Shown here piece by piece: positions 32,301 through 42,510 of a stretch of DNA of 42,510 nt. The stretch covers positions 186,001 to 228,510 of the forward strand of contig LVLI01000006.1 in NCBI GenBank assembly GCA_001687465.1, written 5' to 3'. The notes beneath the pieces were generated by a model, which saw only the letters and a list, made by a program, of their open reading frames with translations, was not told where the DNA came from and made no database searches. The first letter of the stretch is position 1. The number at the start of each line of letters is the position of its first letter. Source of the DNA: Halocafeteria seosinensis. Lineage: Eukaryota. The translations under genes and the position numbers were made by a program.

Positions 32301-35300
32301 CAAGGTCGTCACTCAAGTCTAATTCTGAAGTTTTGTAGAAATCTGAACTACGGCGAAAAGAAACCGACACTTCAAATGAGTTAACCACAAGCTCCCCGAG
32401 ATACACCTTTTGCGCTGTTTGAACTCCATGTTTGATATCTTCCTTACCCACAGCTTGCCACCAGTTTCTGGCTGAGCTAAACAACATTTGTAGCGCCTCA
32501 AATGTGTCCTTGGAGGGTTCGGTTGTCACGGAGCGCAGTAAGGCTTCTAAAGAAGCTTGGTCACTCAGATGTCCAAATATAGCATCCCCTCGGCTGAAAG
32601 ATTTACTATCCTTGAACGTCAGTGTCGGTAGCACTACAGGCAACATAGATGCAGGGATTGGCAGCGGCAGCAAAGCAGACCAGGGTATCCGTAGTTCATC
32701 CGGTCCTGATCGCATTCCTTTGGATCCCAAACTGGAAGTCCTCGAATTAGCAATACCCCATTTTTCTAACAACTGATCAATAAAGTCTGGAAATACGTGG
32801 AGGAACATCGGAACCACTGTGCTGTACACTCGCTGAAGGAACCTCTCTTCTAGCGATAGATTCACACGTCCCAGCGAAAGAAGGGCGGCCGGTACATATA
32901 TCACCGGTAATCCTGCAAGTCCAGCGAGTTCCTCCGCAGTCTGGCGCAATGTAGACATCAGCGATCCGCTGTTGTTGCTATCGTAGAGGAGGGAAGTGAC
33001 CGAGTCTAATAACTCGGCGGAGATAATTGGTATCTCTGCGTGGAGCATGCCCTCTCCCGCACTGGCTGCTTCGTCAGAACGTGGAAGAACAATAAGTGGG
33101 CTCTCGAAAACTGAATCAGGACTCGGATCGTAAGCCCGCAGAGACGAAGCTCTAAACGACGTTTCCACAGCCAGAGCTACGGAAGAGAGAAAAGGGGAAC
33201 TGCTTCCACCTCGGGATCGAGATTGTGACCTTGATGGCGGTAACTTTGCTCCCACTCTGGTCTCAGCCGCAACTTGTTCGGCAATGAATCGTAGAGATTC
33301 ATTCTGATCCTCATCGAAGAGGCAACTTTCAATTCGCGGCAGATATGCCAGAAACCTAAAGAGAGTTGTAGACGACGGTAGAGAGCTCTCAGATTGTACA
33401 GTCCCATCGGTGGGTTCTTCGGTAATCCTTAGAACCCGTACCGGACCATCCAAGCCAACATGGAAGTTCAGCGTACCGGAAGAAGAGGCTGGATACAGAG
33501 GTTGTGCTTTCTCCGCATAAAGGACGCAGCTGAGTGGAAGAACATTGCTGGTTGCATGATGGCAGCTTCTTTCAAGTTGACCAGCACCCTGACCAACAGG
33601 AGTAAAAGAGCTACAGGCGCCAATCCAGTACCGCATACGATCGTGGTCTCCACGGTTGAGCGGATCAACAATTTCTTCACTAAAAGTCTCTTGTCTCCGG
33701 AACAAACTAAACAAAGAGGCCGCGTTAGCCTGTTTTCTCCATTCTGTGTGACCTGGCATTCCCACAATTTTATTCATCGGAACCTGAAGCAGATTAACTG
33801 GATGCTTGAAGTGTCTGTCAGCTCGACTGGACTCATCTTCAGAGAAAGGGATCGGAAGCTCTCCTCCTTCATCCATATACACCCTCGCTGCGTCATAAAG
33901 CTCTCGACAAGATTCCAACTGTATCAGAGCAGAGCCTATGACAACTGGGGACAACGCAAAGAAAGACGAACCAGAAGATGCCCCAGAGAAGTAGTTAACA
34001 GTTTCCCCCATTGGACCACCGCAAACTCTGAAAACGAAGTCCGCGACGGCTTCAGTACTTAAGACCACACTCGGTGAATTTAGATGTACGTCATGTAGTT
34101 GTGTCCACTGGAGAGACTGTTGTGCTCCATGGGTCAGAAATACGCATTCCTGTGGAGCGGATGCCCGCGGCTCAGCCCTGATTAACACAGTGTCCCCCAT
34201 TCTCACCTCTGAGCATTTTGCTGGAAAAATTTCTACGGCAGTTCCTTTCTTAGATACTGGAAGAANCTGCAACCGCCACATTTCACTCCAACTGCATGAA
34301 GCGGGTAATGCGCCCGCAGTCTTAGTGCCTTGACTTGTAGGGGTTTCGTCTTCGTTGGATATTGATTCTCCTCGCACCGCTCTAGACAAGGGACCAATCA
34401 GACTACTGTGGATACTGGAAGCTCGCAAAGAGCTACCCTCTCCTCGGCCATTTTTGGCGGATGCCCGAGAGGTCAGTAATCCTGCCGACGACAAGTACCC
34501 CTTCGTGGCGTCCCCAGAACACGAACAGGAGTAACTCAGCGATCCACAATCTTGTGAATGCACGTAAGAAGAGTCTATCCCCAAGAACATTTGCGAGACA
34601 CCTGATCGGATGTATATCCAGTCACCGTACAGAATCTTTTCGCTTGCGGCGTTGCCATTATGCGAACAATGCGTTTCTTTCGTAGCATCAGTAGAACTGG
34701 TCAGGGAGGCATGTAGGTCATGAAAATCCAGCGATACAAAAGGAAGCTTAGGGTCTAGGGGGTCCGAGAGAGTAATGCTTGTATCTGAAGGGGATGCCTC
34801 GTCCCAGGCCCAACATTTGGCCATCTTAGGCAGAATCGCCGAAGATACATCGGAACGGGTGTATAAGAAAGTCGCTGTCTCTCTAAGCGCGATTTGGCAG
34901 CTCTCAAACGGGGAAAACTCCTCAACACTGCCTTGCATGTTGCGTTTCTTTCGGTGGATAAGAAATTTCCGCGACGAATGATTTTCTATGCGATATAAAG
35001 CATTGAGTGTCCTCTTCTTCTCTAGGTTTACTGAGGAATCTTCAAAGCATGCCAAGATTTCAAGGAAGTAAGAACCCCGAAGGCGGTGAGTTCTAGATCG
35101 CAAACGCATAATCATATCGTTTCTCGTTGAAACGCTATATTGACTAGATGTTGAAGAAAATCGAATGAAACTGTCACTTTCAGCATCACAGAGTTGATGA
35201 AGAGTGTCCACTGATATTCCAGAACTCCAGTTGCAATTCGTTCTCTCGCCAATAGGTCTTAACGTAACCTCGCGGCTATCCAGCTGACGAAAAATCACCG

Positions 35301-38300
35301 CGGAGCTCATTCCAGGCTCCAGGGTAAAAGGGGGAATTCCAACGTGAGTGCTCAAAGGGCCACTCGCGCTCTCCAAGTCCTCAAGAGGACTCGGTTGAGA
35401 TACTTGAAACGCATACTCTGAGTTGTTAACCACCACTACCTCCGGGGATAGCAAAATCAAGCTACTGCGTATAAAATTTGACAATTTTCCCGAGAACGTC
35501 GAGCTCAACAATGAGGAGACAGGCTGGGCGCTGGCCACGATGGGATAGCAGAGAGCTCCCCTTGAATTCTGACTACCTAGCTTAATCTCCTTCCTTAGGT
35601 GACTTCCTTCTTTCAGCCGTTTGAGTTCTATTTCCACCGGCCCAGATTCTTCGTAAAGTTCCAGGTTACGAAACGAAAGCTGCACAGTGTCCTGGCTTAA
35701 AGAGTTGCTGATCATCGATAACTCGGTGACATCCCCTGTTGCGGTCGAGCTATCAGGAGGAAACTGATGAACGGAAGTTGACTCAATCGACTCTATGCCC
35801 AAAGTGTTCAACAGCCACCATGACGAGTACAGCGACAAATGAGAGGACTGGAAAGTATACGAATCATTCGGGTCTGGAGGATACTCACGATGGAAGGTTG
35901 CCGGCAACGACACTAAGCTTCTGTCCAGGCATAAATCCACTGGACTCTCTCCATCCCCTGTGAGGCGGACAGACTGGTCAACGGATACGCTGGGAAGAAG
36001 TATGCATTTGCTCTTGTTATGGGATTTCCTAGAGCTCTTCTTGAAGGAGTTCGCAAACCAATCTACTGTCGGAGCATAATTGCATTCAAGCATTGGGGTC
36101 CATTGCGAGCAAACTTCGCCGATTACTATCTGAAAGTGAAGTCGTCGACTGGTGTCGTTTGCCTGCAATTCCTCCTTCTTCTTTGTCAGCTCTTGCGAGG
36201 ATTCAATGGCAGTCCTTGAATAGGATTTATGAGAAGGCTGGAAATGGCAATAGAGACATGATAGGGTTTCGCCTGGAAATAAGTTCGCCTCTTCCACTGT
36301 AGCAAGATGAGTGCAGACTTCTCTGTTCTGTCCCATCAGGACGTCTCCAACTCGAACTTTTGCGGTCACAGGGAGAACGTTTGTAAGCGACCAGGGAGGG
36401 GCAACCACCATAGTGGAATGAAGAAGATTCCTTTTATCTTTGCCCACGGTCCCTACCACTTGAGAGTTTCGGTAAATATAGATGTAATCCTGCAAAATAG
36501 TGGAAGCGGACTCCTCAGCTCTTCTGCTACCATTAGAAGTGAACACTGCAGGGGCAAATTTCTGGGGTTCATTCTCGAAAAGCGCAACATTATACCCACC
36601 CGAGATGGTAAAGGAGTGGTTGAACCCATCGATGAAGACCTCCTCCAATGATACGCATGATCCGAGCCCTAGCGGCACGTGCGCTGATTCCCCAGGACGC
36701 ACCTTCAATAGCTCACTGTTCTCGGGGTTAGAGTCCGAACGCACACGTAACGCAATTCCAAAGGGAAGTCCATTCTTGATCAGTATCAAACTTCTAAAGT
36801 TGACTACGGTGCTTTCTCTATGCTTTGCCACGTCGAGCTGAACGTAGTTGACACAATCCTCAGAATTCGAAACTTTCAAGTATTTCTTCCGGGACTGTTG
36901 AATATCGATTCCGTAGCGAGGAGTAAAGTCACCTAATCTAAAGGATAATGAATTGTATAAGACAGATCTTTGCGAGTTCGCTTCGGAGGGAGAAAATGCA
37001 GTGCAAACTTGTTGTTTTGGAAGAGAAGCTCCGTAATCAAAAAGTCCTGCACTTGGCACTGATCCCGTATTAAGCCCCCGAAACGCAAGGGACCCTGCCA
37101 TGCTCGTGGATCTCATCTGCTTACAGTCAAAATTCAGCTCGCTGTGACGGTGTTTCGTTAACATATCCTGACTATGGAAAGAAATGCTGGAACCTCCCGA
37201 CAAAGGCAGGGCGTCGGTAGTGTCCCCGGATATCATGGTTTTACTCTCTCGCTCCCTGTGCGAAGAATCCCAGTAACTTAGTTCACTTCCTGTTAGGTTT
37301 CGAATAAACGTGCGAGAGATGGAACCCTTTCCAATTTGAGCGGCCAAGCCGGTGTTGGATCCATTCAATACTTTCTGTTGCAAGATCGCACCAGAAATTT
37401 TCAATATCTCTTGGTATAATTGTCTGAAACGTCGCGTGATGGAAGTTGTAACCGTAACCCTTAGTGTATTCTTCCCACATACGTTGGTCCTCAAGGAGCA
37501 CGCGCCATCTGGATCAACCAGGACTCCACCGTCGATCTGAACTTTCCATGGCTCTATCACCCACTGCCAGTGTGCAACTTTTTCGTCCATAATTCCAAAA
37601 CTCAATATGGAACTGCATTGAAACGAATTGTGCGAGATACCACACCCATCTGCCGAGTGCATGAATACCCCAGAATTTTCTAGTAGCACTATCCTAGCTA
37701 GATTCTGCCGTACCCCGGGAACGTGACTTTCCATGAGGAAAGAGTACTCCACCGAAGGTATGTCGAAGTCCAGTTTGAGTGCCCCTTGTCTCCTAAGAAT
37801 TTTCTTGACAAAACTTAATATATCGTAAACGATCCCCTTCCTTGTGCTTGGCATATCGGCAGCGGTGCTGCTTGACCACCGAAAATGCGGTATGCGGAAC
37901 TCCGCAAGGCCATGGGCAAGATTCTGACCCAAGCGCCAAAGGGTACCCATCAATGCAACCAGATCATGGGAAGTCACAGCAACAGCGACTTCACTAAGCG
38001 ATACTGTCGCCCGAGTCTCCAAAGACGCATCGATATTTGTATCACCCCAGAAGATATCAGAGTTCAAACAGTCCACCAGAAACGCATTTAACCTCTGATC
38101 AGGGGACGAACCATTTGTGAACAGACCTGCGGAGGAATTCACACACTGTAATAGAGCCGCCCGATTCGAACTCGTATCTCCGCCAAAAAGCGCTAAAAAA
38201 TGGCTTCCAAGTCCACATGAAATTACGGAGTGACAGTCAATGGGCTGCATCAGTGACCTCGGTTTTCTCTCATCCCGGACGAAGGCGTTGAAAACCACAG

Positions 38301-41300
38301 CCAATCTCGTGATTGAAATGGATGCTCCCAGGAAAAAAACCCCAGTGCTGGCCGCTCCTGTTGTAGAGCATAGAGCTCTCACCAAACGAGGAAGAGGCAT
38401 CAGCGCGGTGACACTAACACCGCACGAAACCTTCATGACAGTGTCCTCAGTTGGGCTCAAAACGTCGAAACTCATTGCATCGCTCTCGTAGAGTACTTCC
38501 AAATCGTGGCACGCGGGCCGAGCAACTAAAGTGATATTGGTGGCACCACATTCATGGTTCACATACGAGCGACCGTTGCCATCGAACGCTTGAAACTTAA
38601 TTTCACCTATTTCGGTCAGGAAAATGCCAAAAAGGCTGTTGATGAGTGTATTTCCTTTGGACGACCGATAAGGATTCCATCTACGAAATTTACTGATCGG
38701 GGCCGCATCTCTCGCACTAATCGTTGAATCGTTTTCGAAAAAAAAATGCTGCGCTAGAGCCACAAAAAGATCCAAAGATTCGTTAGGGGAGACACTTAGC
38801 GATACTTGAGGAACTGATAGTAGACCTCCGACGGTGAAACAACATGCGGACTCTGGTGTGTGACGATCATAAACCATATACAGGGAGACACCACTCGTAG
38901 ACAAAAACTGGTCCTCCGAATCTCCGCACTGGGTGACATACAAGCATTTAGCTGTGGACACGTGACCCAGAGAGTAGACATCGAGTACTTGCAGTTCGTA
39001 CTCAGCAGAGCTACCCGTTAAGCATTCCACACTGGACAAAAGAAATAATGTAAACGGATTCCATAGGGGCTCAGTGGACCCAGAGAACGATTTGCACCAT
39101 TGACCGAATCCGCATCTCCATTCATGCGCTACCCTACTTATCTTCGGTATGAGCGTCTCGCTAGTGCTATATTGCAGGTGAGGGGGCTTCTCAAGAGTCA
39201 TTCCAGGCAAAAGCAACTTGGATACATTCAAACGGATCCCGCGGATGGCAGAAATGAGCATTTTTCGAGGTCCCTGTAATTCAACTGAGCGACTACTGGG
39301 TAGCAGTAGCCGCAAACCCCTCATGAACGATTGTACACTGAGCCACACTGGTGCCACAACCTCGGACTCTGCGCCTGTAACGTAGGAAAGGTACGATCCT
39401 CTCAAGGCGTCGCCACTGGGGCTTTCAATCAGAGCAAGATTAATAAGTATACCTTCCGCAAGGCGTATCAAGTATGAAGAAACGACAGCCGCTTCTTGTA
39501 CTGTCTTAGCAGTAAGGATACTCGAGACTAGAGAGGATACCCTCGGATGGTACACAAGATCCAAATCACCAGTGCGACATTCTACATTCAGTGACGCTCC
39601 ACCAGATGCAATGTTGAGATTTTCGGCAGGGTCGATCGAGCATATTTTTAGAAAATTCTCAGGACACTGGACGAACATCGCAGCTTCCCCTAGTTGAATG
39701 GGAAGTCCGCTCATAAAAGCATCTGAGTTGACCCTGTCTGAGGAGTGAAGACCCTCTAGCTGATCAATCGAGCCTTGAAACGATAGCTTGGCCTTTTGGG
39801 TTATACAGCGATGTTCACGGATAGAGGCAGCTAAACATAAACCCCGTAATCCGTGCAACCGGACGATACCGGAAGCAGGGCCGAAGTTGGCGTCGCAAGA
39901 CTTCAAGAGAAGCATTAGAGATGGAATCAGTATTTCAACTTCCAAAGAAGCTTTCTGAGCGCTTCGCGCCTCCCCTTCTGCTACGCATGAATGAAGAGAG
40001 GGTACTCCTGCTGACTGCCATTCCTTACGCTGGTGCTGTCGCAAGCATATCCCAGCAAAATATTCGCTAAAGCACGGCGTCAATACTGTCATCGAACTCG
40101 ACTGGGCACTATAGATATTCCAAGGCGACATTCCCGTCGGGATACCCTCATGCGTTCGTGAGGCGCCAAAGATCCTTTCCAAAAATTTGTTAACATCTCG
40201 AAGGGTCTTGTCACTTGGAAATCCGGAAAATGCAGTATGTTGGCTCTCAAGCTGACGATTTCGCTGGATGTATGACCTGCGCCACAAACGGAATTTTACA
40301 ATCCCCCGTGCCCATTCAAAGAGATTCAGCCTAGCTTGTGAATCTTTGGAGCGCACAAAGTCAAATAGATTGGCAGCAGCGTGCTCGGCAAGATCTCTCC
40401 AAAGAAATACAGTATTTGGTGTCAAAAGAGGATCCTCATCAATGCTCTTCAAAACGAACATTCTAGAATCGTTTAAGGGTTCGTTGAAAATATTCAATTG
40501 GGATATCATTTTATATGCCTTCTCAACCTTCATCGTAGGGAGACTATCCCGCGCGCAAAAAGGTAATACGATGCGGAACACGTAGTGATATGAACGAACT
40601 AGACTTAGTCCTAATTGCGTGTAAATAGAATTTAAAGATTCCTTTCCGACTGCTTTGATCAGTCCATCGGTAAATTCTAATCTCTGCAGGTGCAGCAAAA
40701 AATACACAGGAAACAGCTGCATCATCCTGCAACGTCGGTATACTTCAAAACAGACTCTTCGATGGAGTACGCAGAGACGCCTAAAGGCTATGCGCGCTTT
40801 AGCATTCCTTCCTAAGGCTTCAACGGCCACAGTGCATCGGAGACGAGAAACCTGTGAGTGTTTTTGAAAGATCATATTGCGTTCCCATTTCTGGTCTTTC
40901 CGGCACCCCAAGCTGGAGAGTGTAAGACTCATAGCATCCAGTACCGTCTCTGCTATGGTCCTATCAATTTGTACCCGCGGTGGTGAGACGCTAACGCGGA
41001 GAATACAATTCGGTGCTTCAGATGCCCAAAATTGCAATGTCAAATAGCAGGCAATGGAATCCATCACTGCTACAAGACTTCCAGGGATTTTACTTTGGTT
41101 TGATAAAATATTTGCTGGCTGATCTTCGCTTTCAATTTTTCCAGTCTGTAGTTGAAACGGAGCACTCATATGGACGCGTTGCGTCCTCAATTGCAAATGC
41201 CTAATTTACAAAGCCTTACTTCAATGTTTCCGAACGGAATTCTCAATAAATGCCTCGTGCTTCTTTCCTCTGGCATACACCACTGCGGTGAAGTATACAG

Positions 41301-42270
41301 GGCTAATCTGCTCAAGCGTATCGCCGGGTAGTTTGTCGCTGGGGTCGAGGAGGAGTCCAGGGTATTAATATTGGCTGATACTTTGATATGCTCGACAAGT
41401 GCTCCTACGCAGACCTGTGACTGCTCAGTGGATTTGCGATGCTCTTTGAGCTGTACATGTACGTGTTCAACCGATATCTGTACGCAGTGAGTGAGTAATT
41501 GACAAGGGAACGGTGAGGGAGATTGGGGAAATGAACAAGTCGTCGCCACGTACCTCTACAAACTGAGTAAACTTGGAAATGATCGATTCAAAGAATCCTT
41601 TTGAAGATTTGCCTCCATGCAGAAATGCAAAAATATCTGAAAGTATTCTGTGCCATTTCTCAGACACCTCTGATTCCTTTAGAAAGTACTTAAAGACATT
41701 TTTGGATTGGGAGTTGTCAACTGGAGCAGACAGGACTTCCTCGTCACTCTCTTCTTCTGAGGTATCCGTTTCCATCTTGTTTGTTTGAATAGAAGCAGAT
41801 TGTTCAGAACTTAGAGAACCAGATGTAACCATTCCTTCCTGAATTTTGGGACCTATTCCACCAGCAGCACCAGCTGTATTCCTAGGAAGATCTTTATCTT
41901 GGTGGATTCCACTTCCCGTGGTTGTTGCTTCAGCGCCTTTCCGCTTTCGTGTTTTCGCATGCGAGTACTTTGGAGGCCTCATTTCCTTTTCCGTCACGGA
42001 ACGAAGTTGCACATAGACCCCTTTAATCGACAGCTTTGATGGATGTTGCTCCGTGGGACGCCTTCTTGGGGCTTTGAGTTCAACCTCAGCAATCTCTCCA
42101 TACTCGACCAATAGTGGAAGACCTAATCGGAGAAGCAAGTCTCTCCGGAAACTGATGTTTTTCAGTAAAATTACATTCTTCCGGTATTGTATGTCAATGT
42201 TCTCGGACTGTAAAGGCTCCAAAATGTCGCCGAAATACTTGTGAATGTATCGTCGAGCTGCCCCTTCCAT
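29368..42270 (-). CDS. VPS13: VPS13-family bridge-like lipid transfer protein with C-terminal VPS9-like domain, 3 exons, ~4250 aa
   Basis: Exons 42270-41554, 41477-41220 and 41145-29368. Chorein-N-like start MEGAARRYIHKYFGDILE...LKNISFRRDLLLRLGLPLLVEYGEIAEVELKAP. Also WQWVIEPW, VAB-like FIRNLTG, IKNGLPFGI, LTNVLPV and YRIENHS, the C-terminal block DVDILGRPTSVVEELGQGILAFLTEPF, and ATG2_C-like GVTGIVTAP...GVARGVVSAAAKPVTGALDF. Confidence 0.88.
34266..34266. other. Single ambiguous base (n) within VPS13 exon 3
   Basis: Read directly from the sequence; the reading frame stays open across it. Confidence 0.95.
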
Positions 42271-42510
42271 TTCCCTTTCCCTCTGCACTCCAAACCAAAA
42301 TATTACTATACCTATATTGACAACGAATATCAGCGAAAAGCGTTTTTCCCCCAACCACACTATTACCGCAACAATGCAGAGAAATGAACACTACCTACTC
42401 AAAAAGACAGAAGTGGGCCAGCTACTTCAACCACTTCAAACCAATCACCGGCAGCTGCCAGGGAGTCTGGCACCGACTAGTTTGAATTGGACGCCCTTGC
42501 ACTCAATGTG

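Noticed and set aside
29765..41204. Many short plus-strand ORFs inside VPS13, including 33460-34062 (200 aa)
   Set aside because: Antisense or alternative-frame shadows with no recognisable motifs.
1..42510. tRNA, rRNA, CRISPR arrays, transposase or viral genes
   Set aside because: None recognised by eye; a covariance-model search would be needed to exclude small ncRNAs.

Overview
Gene-dense eukaryotic (protist-like) genomic window with short canonical GT-AG introns, mostly 60-110 nt, and the standard genetic code. In order it holds: an RI-type LRR gene running off the left edge (-); a Patched/NPC1-family RND transporter (-); a METTL21-family methyltransferase (+); two GH38 lysosomal-type alpha-mannosidases head-to-head with the same 9-exon structure; a ~110-nt collapsed relic of a third mannosidase; a glutaminyl-tRNA synthetase with a C-terminal EMAP II/Trbp111-like domain (+); eIF3h (-); a coiled-coil protein weakly like TSNAXIP1 (-); an unrecognised multi-pass membrane protein (+) head-to-head with its frameshifted paralog (-); and a ~4250-aa VPS13-family protein (-) ending in an apparent VPS9 (Rab5-GEF) domain. 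The most notable observations are the VPS13-VPS9 fusion and the GlnRS-EMAP fusion, followed by two independent head-to-head paralog pairs. Exon models and alignments were made by eye and no database searches were run, so the novelty statements are unverified.
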